From Candidatus Woesearchaeota archaeon (lineage in GTDB: Archaea; Nanobdellota; Nanobdellia; SCGC-AAA011-G17; PNOQ01), in assembly GCA_964344655.1 (NCBI GenBank), contig CAYFOF010000003.1:428-64427 (forward strand): DNA of 64,000 bases, in the 5' to 3' direction. The translations under genes were made by a program, and so were the position numbers. The first letter of the stretch is position 1. Every line of letters begins with the position of its first letter. The notes under the pieces are model-generated. The model searched no databases. It was not told where the DNA came from and saw only the letters and a list, made by a program, of their open reading frames with translations. This document shows positions 1 through 8,762 of this stretch, piece by piece.

Positions 1-42
1 TTTTTTTTGGGGTAAAATTTAATAAAAAAATAATTATTGAGA

Positions 43-150
43 TTAACTCTTCAATCTCTTTCTCTTTCTCTTCTCTTTCTTCATTCTCTTACGTTGCCAC
101 TTCCAACGCATTTGTCCTTTCTTTTTCCAACGTCTTGAACTTCTTTTCAT
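43..150 (-). CDS. Very small, highly basic protein (35 aa, MKRSSRRWKKKGQMRWKWQRKRMKKEKRKRKRLKS); possible L41e-like ribosomal micro-protein
   Basis: Hand-translated ORF absent from the ORF track (<60 aa). It is extremely K/R/W-rich, like eukaryotic/archaeal L41e. A TATA-like TTTATAAA lies about 30 nt upstream (178-192, palindromic so it reads on either strand). Confidence 0.3.
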   Translation of the reverse strand: MKRSSRRWKKKGQMRWKWQRKRMKKEKRKRKRLKS

Positions 151-177
151 CTTGAGTGTTTTTCAAAGTTAAACTGT

Positions 178-192
178 GTTTTATAAATGTTT
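178..192 (-). promoter_or_regulatory. Putative archaeal TATA box (gttttataaatgttt) upstream of the 43..150 micro-ORF
   Basis: TTTATAAA core about 28-35 nt upstream of the ATG at 150. Similar TTTATAAAT elements recur upstream of other genes in this window. Confidence 0.3.
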
Positions 193-206
193 CTAAAATT
201 AATTCA

Positions 207-1232
207 TTAGATTGACCTAAATAAATTTGCTCCCCATGTGAATCCTGCACCGAATGCTACATAAGCAACTAGATCTCCTCTCTTTATTATTTCCTTTTCA
301 TATGCTTCATTTGCTGCGATTGGAATTGAAGCTGTTGATGTATTTCCATATTTTTGTAAGTTTGTATAAATGACCCCATCAAATTCATCTCTTCTTAATC
401 TTTTTTCTGGACGATCAATTATTCTCATATTTGCTCCATGAGGTATTATTCCATTTAAATCTTCTAATATATATTGTGTTCCTTCTAAAACTTTTCTTAC
501 TGCATGTTCCATTATTGGGGCTGCATATTCAAATACTGACCTTCCATCCATAACTAAATAGTTTTGTTCTGCTTCAATAGTTTTTAGACCTCCTTGTCCA
601 TCGGAAACTAATTTTTTCCCCAGTTTTTTTTCTAAAGATAATTTTCCAAATGGGAAATCCTCACTTCCCTCGTCGGGTTTTCCACCAACTACATTATTTA
701 TTATTCCTTCTTGACCTTCTAATCTTTCTAATAAATATGCTCCAGCACCATCTCCAAATAAAACACATGTATTTCTGTCTGAGTAGTCTGTCATGTCTGT
801 TAATCTTTCTCCACCAATAACTAAAATTTTTTTTAAACTTGGATCAGCTACTAAATTATTGTGGGCTTGTCGTATAGCATAAACTAATCCAGAACAACCA
901 GCACCCACATCAGAAAGTGCTGCGTTTTCTATTTCTAATTCTTTTGCAACATGGCCAGCATGACAAGGAAATTCTTTACTCCCATCATGTAAATTTGTAG
1001 CAAAGATAATTTCATCAATTTCACGATCAAAAATTAGTTCTTTATCCAATAATTTTTTTGCTGAAATTGCTCCCATTTCACTAATTCCGAGATCTAATGA
1101 AATTCTTCTTTCTCCCATTCCTGTTCTTTCTCTTATCCATTCATCTGAAGTATCTACTATTGTTTCTAGAAATTCGTTTGTGATTATTGTTTCTGGAATG
1201 TGAACTGCCGGTCTTGATAATATAATTCCCAT
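207..1232 (-). CDS. fabH: 3-oxoacyl-[ACP] synthase III-like (KAS III / FabH family) condensing enzyme
   Basis: FabH-like motifs IRERTGxxxR, active-site Cys in DVGAGCSGLVYAI, and His/Asn in HGANMRIID...AFGAGFTWG; 341 aa is the right length for KAS III. Confidence 0.8.
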   Translation of the reverse strand: MGIILSRPAVHIPETIITNEFLETIVDTSDEWIRERTGMGERRISLDLGISEMGAISAKKLLDKELIFDREIDEIIFATNLHDGSKEFPCHAGHVAKELEIENAALSDVGAGCSGLVYAIRQAHNNLVADPSLKKILVIGGERLTDMTDYSDRNTCVLFGDGAGAYLLERLEGQEGIINNVVGGKPDEGSEDFPFGKLSLEKKLGKKLVSDGQGGLKTIEAEQNYLVMDGRSVFEYAAPIMEHAVRKVLEGTQYILEDLNGIIPHGANMRIIDRPEKRLRRDEFDGVIYTNLQKYGNTSTASIPIAANEAYEKEIIKRGDLVAYVAFGAGFTWGANLFRSI

Positions 1233-1279
1233 TGAAATGCTAATGTGTTTGTATTAATATAACTTATGATAATAAAGAA

Positions 1280-1354
1280 TGCTCCTGCCGGGATTTGAAC
1301 CCGGGTCTTCGGCGCGAAAGGCCGAAATGCTGGACCGGACTACACTACAGAAGC
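1280..1354 (-). tRNA. tRNA-Glu (anticodon UUC)
   Basis: On the reverse complement: 7-bp acceptor GCTTCTG/CAGGAGC with one GU, anticodon stem TCGGC/GCCGA with loop CTTTCGC (anticodon TTC), and T-arm CCGGG-TTCAAAT-CCCGG. Length 75 nt. Confidence 0.8.
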
Positions 1355-1402
1355 ATATTCATTTTGGGTAAATCTTTCCTTTTTAAATGTTTTGAAAAAG
1401 AG

Positions 1403-1516
1403 TGGGCCTGACCGGATTTGAACCGGCGACCTCTGGTGTTCCTAGCATGCTATTGGATTATATCCAATAACCGTCATATAAGACCAGTGCTATAAACCAG
1501 ACTAAGCTACAGGCCC
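1403..1516 (-). tRNA. Intron-containing tRNA (about 114 nt); anticodon tentatively UAU (Ile) with a roughly 38-nt intron after position 37
   Basis: On the reverse complement: acceptor GGGCCTG/CAGGCCC plus discriminator A, and T-arm GCCGG-TTCAAAT-CCGGT. Anticodon stem CTGGT ... ACCAG is split by an insert that contains an internal TTGGAT/ATCCAA hairpin. The exon loop reads CTTATA|intron|C. Confidence 0.6.
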
Positions 1517-1791
1517 GCTAGCAATATTTGTTTACTAGAAATTGTTTTTAAAACTTTCGAGTTTAAAGAAATTCTTCTTCTAATTGATTTTTTGGCATTA
1601 ACACTTCTGGGATTTCCGCAGGCATATCTAATGTTTCAGAACCTTCATAATGCGTTCCAATAGAAGAAGGTAAATATAATGAAATTAATATTGGTAAAGT
1701 ATAATTAATAACTGCCTTTCTTAGTCCTCTCATGTCGTCCATAAATTTACTTTTTGCGTGATATTCCATTTTTTTGTGAATTGTTTTTATT

Positions 1792-2253
1792 TTATAAATT
1801 TATTTTTCCTTTGGCATATAAATAAACAAACCAAAGAAATCCTAAACCCATATCTATTATTGCTAAAGGGATGTGTTTTATCCCGTTCAATAGTGAAACC
1901 GTTTGTGTAGTTTGATAAATTGAGATCCATGGATAAAATGGCCATAATAATTGAACTCCTGGACCTGTGAATAAATCTAGGAAAATATGGATTAATATTC
2001 CTATTGGAAATAGGAGTGCGTATTTGTTTTTTCTTACTAATAGTATAGAGAAAAATGCAAAAAATAATGAGTGAGTTATTGTTCTGTGTATTGGTTCTTG
2101 GAGTAATATTTGAAAAATGAAATCTATATCTGGGAAAATTCCTCCCAGAAATAAAAGTATCCAAGCTTGTTTTGGTAATTTTTTATTTGAAACTTTTTGT
2201 ATAATTAATCCTACTATCCAAGCTCCAATTAAATGACCGAAAGCAAATGCCAT
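1792..2253 (-). CDS. Polytopic membrane protein, likely a membrane-bound metal-dependent hydrolase (YdjM/DUF457-like)
   Basis: Four to five hydrophobic helices, conserved His/Asp (PDIDF, HRTITHS, HIFLD), 153 aa. The overlapping ORF 1787..2164 in another frame is judged spurious. Confidence 0.45.
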   Translation of the reverse strand: MAFAFGHLIGAWIVGLIIQKVSNKKLPKQAWILLFLGGIFPDIDFIFQILLQEPIHRTITHSLFFAFFSILLVRKNKYALLFPIGILIHIFLDLFTGPGVQLLWPFYPWISIYQTTQTVSLLNGIKHIPLAIIDMGLGFLWFVYLYAKGKINL

Positions 2254-2370
2254 AATTTTTTGAATAGTGATTATTTTAAAAGAGTTTTGAAAGATAATTA
2301 TTGTTTACTTTATAGTAGTTACAATAGAAAGGTTTATATAGTGTGGATTTTCTTTGTGGTTTACTTAAAA

Positions 2371-3159
2371 ATGAAAAATAAATTTGTAAATGGGGCGTTA
2401 GCTTTTTTTGCGGGGGGTATTTTTGCTATTGGAGCTGGCCTATTTGGGGCAGAGGTTGTATCAAAAATTGAAGATAGATTTAGAGATATACCTCAAGAAA
2501 ATAGATTAGAAGAAGTAATAAAGAAACCAATTTATTTTAACTTTAATTCTGGAGATGAAAAAAGACAAAATTTAGTAAGAGAATTTGGACTAGTATACAA
2601 CTTGGCAAGAAAAAATTGGGATAATTTCGATGAACAATGGGATTTAGTAAAAAATGTTCGTTTAAATGTTGATTCTGAAAGTCCAAAAAGAACGGGGAGA
2701 ACCGATAGATTTGATAGATTACATTTGACTTTATATGGAGATCAAAGAGAGGCTATAATCCTCATCCATGAACTAGCACATATTTGGGAAAGAAATAAAA
2801 CAGACCAAAGATTTTCACAAAAATGGCAGGCGCTATCTAAAGGAGAATATACTCCCGATTGGAAAAATGCATCTTTTTCAGATGTTATAAAAAATGGCTC
2901 TGTTTCTTATTATTCTATGAAAAGTATTCATGAAGATATAGCAACAATTTGTGAATTTGTTTTTGCTTTGAATAGCCCTCATATTTTTGTGGGTGGCTAT
3001 CCAAATACGCTAGTTGGTAAAGATTTTTATTATAGAGATTTTATTACTTCGAGTATTTCACACCCTAAAATTAGAGAAAAGTTGAAACTATTAAGAAATT
3101 ATGATTTTTTTTCGGAGAGAGAATATAGAATTACTCTTGATGAGATGGCGGAAGATTAA
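2371..3159 (+). CDS. Membrane-anchored HExxH zinc metallopeptidase-like protein
   Basis: HELAHIWE matches HExxH. N-terminal hydrophobic anchor MKNKFVNGALAFFAGGIFAIGAGLF. Start moved to the internal Met at 2371 because the track's 2233 start overlaps the convergent membrane-protein gene. Confidence 0.55.
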   Translation: MKNKFVNGALAFFAGGIFAIGAGLFGAEVVSKIEDRFRDIPQENRLEEVIKKPIYFNFNSGDEKRQNLVREFGLVYNLARKNWDNFDEQWDLVKNVRLNVDSESPKRTGRTDRFDRLHLTLYGDQREAIILIHELAHIWERNKTDQRFSQKWQALSKGEYTPDWKNASFSDVIKNGSVSYYSMKSIHEDIATICEFVFALNSPHIFVGGYPNTLVGKDFYYRDFITSSISHPKIREKLKLLRNYDFFSEREYRITLDEMAED

Positions 3160-3204
3160 TGGATGGAAATTATTCGGATCATATGCAAGGAATGATTGAG
3201 TACG

Positions 3205-6200
3205 CTAGATAGATTCAGAAAATAAATAATCTACAATTCTTTGCCATATTGATTTTTCTGAAGATAGTTTTGGAACTTTTTTTGTTACTGGTTCTTCAGT
3301 TTTTGTTATTGACTCTCCGGTTTTTGTTGAAGGTGTTGTCTCTTCATCTCTTATTGGTATAGTTGGATTTTCAATTCCTTCTGGGTCTTCTAATGTTTCG
3401 GGAAAATCCCTTATCTCTGGCAGGGTTTCTTCGTCTTTACAAGCTATTGTTTGAACTTGTGTGCAACCATCATTAATTGTTGCTCTATTTGCAGATCCAA
3501 ATGTTGATTCTGGAACACTACACTTCATGTCCATTTCGTTTAAACATATCTTATTATTTGAAAAAGTATTGCCCGTTGCTAGATGACTAATATCTACTCC
3601 TCTTTGATTATTTGAAATTTCATTAAAGTTAAATTCATTATTATTTGCGTTGTAAATACTTAACCCTACAAGAGGGTTGTCCTTTCCAACAATTTTATTG
3701 TTATCAAATATATTATCATGAGAATGTTTTGTTCCTATTCCGATTAATTCATTTATTATTGTATTATCTTTGATTATATTATCATTTGATAAATACATGT
3801 TTATTCCTACTATGTATTCTTTAATTGTACATCCATATATCGTTACTCCAGATCTTTGAGTTAGATCTATCCCTGCACCATTTTGGATTCCGTTTATTTC
3901 TGCATCGTGGCAATTGAATTTAATATTATCTGCCAATATTTTTACTCCATTATCTAAGTAATATTTTTTGGGACAAACCCATGTGTCTGTAGTTATTTCT
4001 TCTATTTCTGAATTGTATTCTGAACAATAGGTTTGATCAAAATCTGTGTGAGATATGTGTTCTGTGAAAACGTTTGGAAAATCATTGGCAACCGTTTCAT
4101 AAGAATATGCGCCATCGGTTCTTTTTAACTCTATACTTACTAATTCATATTGTCCGGTGCCAAGAGAATTATATATTTCTTTTCCACGGAAAGTTTCTTT
4201 TAGAGTGTGTGTTCCTGGTTTTAGGGTTTGTTTGCCATCATTAAAAAAACTATAAATTATGTCTCCTCCAGGAGTACGCAAATGACCACTTAACGAATAT
4301 TCTCCTTCTTCATATATTTCTACTTCTGCATTCCATTTTAATAGTTCATATTTTCCATCATCATTTAAGTCTTCAATTAAATAATCATAATCTCCTGTAA
4401 ATTCTGCCACTATGTTTTCGTGTTGAAAATCAGAATATTTGTATGAGCTTGTTACAAACGGAAAATTTCCACAATGTATTCTTGATGTTTCTTCTCTTGC
4501 ACACATAGATACCAATTCATAAGGCCCATCAAGTCCTGCACGATATATATTTGATCCAGGATGTAAAGAAGTTAATGTGTGTGTTCCAGGAATTAAATAA
4601 ATTCCAGAAGAGGGCTCAGAGTGGGAGGAATGTGTAATTTCATCTCTTTCTCCTAAATAAATCTGAGAGGTTAAATGATAATAACCTGGTTCAGTTACTT
4701 GTACATCTGAGTCTATAGCGAGGTAATCATACAGCCCATCTCCATCAGTATCGATAGGATAGTCTTCATAATTTCCTGTTATTAAAATTCCTGGTTCATC
4801 GAAATTTAAAGTGATTGTGTTAGATTCAAACCCGGCGGGGTAAGCACTTTCGGGTATGCCTTCGTATACAACTTTTAATTCGTGATCTCCTGAAGTGAAA
4901 AAATCTTTATCTATTTCTTGATGTGTGAAGCGTATTGGGATGATTTTTGCTCCATCTACATAAAAATAAAATGGTAACTTTCCACAATTTGCTCCAAGAT
5001 TGTCTGTGCATGTACCAGATAAATCCAATACACATTTTGTTGATATTGGAGAAACGGGATCTATTATACAATCTTCAGAAGAAATAGCAAAATCTAAATC
5101 TGATATTTCTCTTTGTTTTATTGCAATTGGCTCTATCGTATAGTATATAGAACTCTCTCCCAAAGATATGTCAACTCTAAAACTTATACTTTCACTAGAT
5201 ATTTGCCCTAGGTTAACTTCAACTTCAGGATAATTTATGGTTGGTTGAATTTCAATCCAACTACCGTCTGTTTTATAATAGGTATTTAATGATAATTGAG
5301 CTTGGCTTCCAAGATTATTTTCTATTATTCTGAACTTTAATATTTTGTCTTGATTAGAATTATAGTAAGACTCAGATTCAATAAATTCTATATGGGGGAA
5401 TTCATAGTCTTTAGAAGAGGATATTGTTGTTTCGCCTTCTATTGTATAGTTTCGTACATCATCGTAAGAAGGCATATGTAAATTAAATGAGTATGTGTCT
5501 CCAGAAGTTAATGTAAATAATTCTCCAATTTCTTCTCCGGGATTACGATATTTTTCGTGGTGATATTCATCAAATTCGTCTGTTGACACTTGAACACCAT
5601 TTATGTATTCTTTTAATACAGGATACATTGATCTGTCTTTTAGATCTTGTATAATGACATAATTTACTTCAGTAGGATACAGCACGCTTTTTAGTGTTAA
5701 AGCATATTCTCCACCCAAAGTATTATTTAAATATGGTTCTGTAAAATATAATATTTGGCTAAAGAAATTTGCGTTATATGTTTGTCCTAGATCTAGAGGT
5801 CCTTCGAAATATTGCTCTTTGTAAATATTATCGAAATTATCATCTTCGTCATATCCCCATATTCTTGATTCTACATCTAAAAATGTGAAGTCGTCATTGA
5901 ATGGTCTAAAATATTCTATTGTACCATCTGGGTTGTATGTTTTAGAAAATAAATGAGATGTTCTATCATAGGGTAAAACCCCCATACTTCCAACTGCAGT
6001 GATAGATCCAGTAAAAGGATCTATAAGATGTAGAAAAGTGTATATGCTGTCTTCTGAAACGGCGCCAAGTAAATTTGTTTTTGCATTAAAATGTGTTAGT
6101 TCTCCTTGTGAAAAATCTAAATTTGTGGAAGTTGAATCACTTACATCTTTTAATATATAATATTCTATATATTCTTCTTCTGCCATATTATAATATGGAG

Positions 6201-6279
6201 AAACATAACAACCAGATATGAATAATAGTGAGGATAACAGAAATATTACTGCCGATATTTGAAACTTATGTTGGATCAC
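3205..6279 (-). CDS. Large (1024 aa) secreted/lipobox surface protein with a C-terminal right-handed parallel beta-helix (PbH1/NosD-like) repeat region and a T/P/K-rich stalk
   Basis: N-terminal signal with lipobox-like LFISGC. Repeated N/D/G-x-I/V turns (DNTIINE, FDNNKIVG, NFNEISNN, TFSNNKI) typical of beta-helix repeats. C-terminal low-complexity TPSTKTGESITKTEEPVTKKVP. Overlaps the upstream subtilisin gene by 14 nt, so likely an operon. Confidence 0.7.
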   Translation of the reverse strand: MIQHKFQISAVIFLLSSLLFISGCYVSPYYNMAEEEYIEYYILKDVSDSTSTNLDFSQGELTHFNAKTNLLGAVSEDSIYTFLHLIDPFTGSITAVGSMGVLPYDRTSHLFSKTYNPDGTIEYFRPFNDDFTFLDVESRIWGYDEDDNFDNIYKEQYFEGPLDLGQTYNANFFSQILYFTEPYLNNTLGGEYALTLKSVLYPTEVNYVIIQDLKDRSMYPVLKEYINGVQVSTDEFDEYHHEKYRNPGEEIGELFTLTSGDTYSFNLHMPSYDDVRNYTIEGETTISSSKDYEFPHIEFIESESYYNSNQDKILKFRIIENNLGSQAQLSLNTYYKTDGSWIEIQPTINYPEVEVNLGQISSESISFRVDISLGESSIYYTIEPIAIKQREISDLDFAISSEDCIIDPVSPISTKCVLDLSGTCTDNLGANCGKLPFYFYVDGAKIIPIRFTHQEIDKDFFTSGDHELKVVYEGIPESAYPAGFESNTITLNFDEPGILITGNYEDYPIDTDGDGLYDYLAIDSDVQVTEPGYYHLTSQIYLGERDEITHSSHSEPSSGIYLIPGTHTLTSLHPGSNIYRAGLDGPYELVSMCAREETSRIHCGNFPFVTSSYKYSDFQHENIVAEFTGDYDYLIEDLNDDGKYELLKWNAEVEIYEEGEYSLSGHLRTPGGDIIYSFFNDGKQTLKPGTHTLKETFRGKEIYNSLGTGQYELVSIELKRTDGAYSYETVANDFPNVFTEHISHTDFDQTYCSEYNSEIEEITTDTWVCPKKYYLDNGVKILADNIKFNCHDAEINGIQNGAGIDLTQRSGVTIYGCTIKEYIVGINMYLSNDNIIKDNTIINELIGIGTKHSHDNIFDNNKIVGKDNPLVGLSIYNANNNEFNFNEISNNQRGVDISHLATGNTFSNNKICLNEMDMKCSVPESTFGSANRATINDGCTQVQTIACKDEETLPEIRDFPETLEDPEGIENPTIPIRDEETTPSTKTGESITKTEEPVTKKVPKLSSEKSIWQRIVDYLFSESI

Positions 6280-8677
6280 TTTCTACCCCCTTTCTTTGGA
6301 AAAATACACCCATCTCATCATTAAAATCGGTGGGTTTTTTTGACACATATATTTTGTAACTTCCAGTTTTGGGATAACTAGAAGTAAATCTAGACCTAAC
6401 AAGATCTATTCCGTTTGAAAAATAATATCCTGATTCTTGATTCGAACTGAGATCTTTTCCATTTATTGATTTTCCTTCAACTATGAATTCTTTTGCATCT
6501 GCTATTCTTAAATTAAGTGTTTTGTCTTGATTTTCTTGGAGGTACACAGAATCATACAAAAAATATTCTGAATCTTGAGTTCCAAACATTGTTGCAGTAA
6601 TAAGATATTGTTGTTCTCCCTTGAAGGCACCCACCATTGATTCGTCCCTTCCAAGATAAGCATATTTTCTAGAAGATGCAAAATCAGAGTTATATACAAT
6701 AAAGGAAAAAATGGGATTAACTATATAGTCTTGTCTATCTTCTATATTTATTGTAACTTTGCTTAATTTTGTAATTGTGTAGGGTATTACATGGGGCTTT
6801 CCATTTTGTATAAGCTTTATTTTTCCAAAAAATATTCCAGACTTTCCAGTCGCATCTATGTTAAAATTTAATGTTTTTTCATTTTCTCCCCTTACGTATA
6901 ATGTTGAAACTTCTGGAGTCATTATATTGTGTTGTGTAGTAATCCCCTCTTTTATATCAAAAAATTCATTTGCTGGCTCTACTATAACATCCAGTACAAG
7001 AGTTTCTAATCCAAGATTGGAAATAACTATATTATCATTTCCCGTTGGGTTTCCGGCTTCTACATTCACAGATAATGAAGATTTGTCAGTAGAAAATTTT
7101 AAATCGTTTGTTCCTGATAAATTTAATTGACCAGATCCTTGGTAGAGTGTGTTTGGAGATCCTGTAGCGCCCGGAGCGCCAAAATCTAATTCTGTTGCAG
7201 AAAGAGTTATTGCAGTTTTGATTTGTTGAGGAGTCCAATCTGGATTAGCTTGTTTTATTAGAGCTGCTGCTCCTGCAACATGAGGAGTTGCCATACTAGT
7301 ACCAGAAATTGCTATATGATCCCCATCTTTACATGAATTAGAAGATTGATAGGTTCCATGTTGAGATGCACAAATTTCCACCCCTGGTGCAACTATGTCT
7401 GGTTTTGATATTGATTCTCCGATTACTATTGCTGGACCCTTTGAACTAAAAGCTGCAATTGGAAATTCTTCTCTACAATAAGGCAAATACTCTCCGGTCC
7501 AAGAGATTGATCCTCCTTGGTTATACGCTTTACATGAGGCACCCACCGTAATTGCAGTTCTTGCAATTCCAGGAGTTTTTATTTTTCCGTAATCCCATGA
7601 ATTTCCTGCAGCAATTGCTGCAGTCACGCCTATTTCTGTTGCTGCGTCTATTGCTTCAGCCATTGAATCATAATATCTTGTGCTTCCTCCCAAACTTAAA
7701 CTTATTACGTCTAAATGATCTGAAAAATCATCATCCCCATTTGGATCCATTGAGGCTTCAATTCCTGCGATAATGCTTGCTGCCGATCCGCCACCAGAAG
7801 AACTTAAAACTTTGTAAGCATAAATTGTTGCATCTGGAGCAACTCCCTTCAATCCTAATCCATAAGCATCTATTCCTGCAGCAGTGGCAGCGCAATGAGT
7901 TCCGTGTCCATGATCATCAATTGGATCAGGATCTTCATTAATGAAATCGTACCCTCCTTCAACCTTGCAACCACTTCCAAAACACCCTCCCAAATCTGAA
8001 TGAGTGTAATCTACTCCAGTGTCTAATATTCCAATTGTGGTTCCTTGGCCAGTATAACCTTGATTCCAAAATGCATCTGAAGAAATAATTCCTGTTGATT
8101 GATCCAATGATGCAGTTACTCCAGTATTTGGCATTATCCTTTTAATATTTGGATTTTTTTCTAATTCATTTAATTCTTCGTTTGTAAGTTTCTTTTCTAT
8201 TACAATACCATTAATTGCTTTATAAAATTCTTTTTTAACGACGATATTTTCATTGATTTTTTTTAAATCATCTTTTAGTTTTTTTTGTTCTTCTTTTATT
8301 GTTATTTTTTGTGCTTCTTTTGTTGCTTTGTTGTGGAATTTATACAATGGTTCAGACTTTAGTTCTATTATATGCCCTATAGAATATTCTATATCTATTG
8401 GTAATGAATTTATATCTGTGTTTTTGAATATTATGTCTCCCTTGTCCCCCATTGAGATTGTTATTAAATCTTCAATTCCCTCTAAACGGAAAGTGTAATC
8501 TCCGTAGTTGAAATCATATGATGCTAAAGTTAATTCTCCTGTTTCTCTATTTAATATTTCAAAATCGACAATTTTTGCATTGTCTTGAGTGATTGCTTTG
8601 GAAAATTGTGGTTCAAATTGTGTACAACCACTCAAAAACAGAACTGAAATTAGTATTAATATTACACCCCTTTTCAT
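6266..8677 (-). CDS. Subtilisin-like serine protease (peptidase S8), lipoprotein-type signal peptide, with a C-terminal extension
   Basis: Catalytic triad in canonical order: Asp in GILDTGVDYTH, His in HGHGTHCAATAAG, oxyanion Asn in AIAAGNS, Ser in GTSMATPHVAGAAALI. N-terminal MKRGVILILISVLFLSGC is a lipobox. Confidence 0.9.
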   Translation of the reverse strand: MKRGVILILISVLFLSGCTQFEPQFSKAITQDNAKIVDFEILNRETGELTLASYDFNYGDYTFRLEGIEDLITISMGDKGDIIFKNTDINSLPIDIEYSIGHIIELKSEPLYKFHNKATKEAQKITIKEEQKKLKDDLKKINENIVVKKEFYKAINGIVIEKKLTNEELNELEKNPNIKRIMPNTGVTASLDQSTGIISSDAFWNQGYTGQGTTIGILDTGVDYTHSDLGGCFGSGCKVEGGYDFINEDPDPIDDHGHGTHCAATAAGIDAYGLGLKGVAPDATIYAYKVLSSSGGGSAASIIAGIEASMDPNGDDDFSDHLDVISLSLGGSTRYYDSMAEAIDAATEIGVTAAIAAGNSWDYGKIKTPGIARTAITVGASCKAYNQGGSISWTGEYLPYCREEFPIAAFSSKGPAIVIGESISKPDIVAPGVEICASQHGTYQSSNSCKDGDHIAISGTSMATPHVAGAAALIKQANPDWTPQQIKTAITLSATELDFGAPGATGSPNTLYQGSGQLNLSGTNDLKFSTDKSSLSVNVEAGNPTGNDNIVISNLGLETLVLDVIVEPANEFFDIKEGITTQHNIMTPEVSTLYVRGENEKTLNFNIDATGKSGIFFGKIKLIQNGKPHVIPYTITKLSKVTINIEDRQDYIVNPIFSFIVYNSDFASSRKYAYLGRDESMVGAFKGEQQYLITATMFGTQDSEYFLYDSVYLQENQDKTLNLRIADAKEFIVEGKSINGKDLSSNQESGYYFSNGIDLVRSRFTSSYPKTGSYKIYVSKKPTDFNDEMGVFFQRKGVESDPT

Positions 8678-8696
8678 GGTTTTATTGTGTTGTTTT

Positions 8697-8710
8697 GGTT
8701 TATAAATATT
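8697..8710 (+). promoter_or_regulatory. Putative archaeal BRE/TATA promoter element (ggtttataaatatt) for the GTPase gene
   Basis: TTTATAAAT about 55 nt upstream of the ATG at 8763. An identical 14-mer recurs at 46091-46104. Confidence 0.35.
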
Positions 8711-8762
8711 TCTGTAAATTTTGAAAGATAAATCTTTTAAACTTTAATTTTTAACTTTTTTT

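Noticed and set aside
1563-1769. 68-aa minus-strand ORF between the tRNA pair and the membrane hydrolase gene
   Set aside because: It could be real (acidic C-terminus, plausible length), but there is no motif, no clear promoter, and it is short. It is left unannotated rather than asserted.
2233-2370. Track start of the HExxH protein at 2233 (MTESKCHNF…)
   Set aside because: This N-terminal extension overlaps the convergent membrane-protein gene 1792..2253 and lacks hydrophobic signal character. The internal Met at 2371 gives a sensible membrane anchor.
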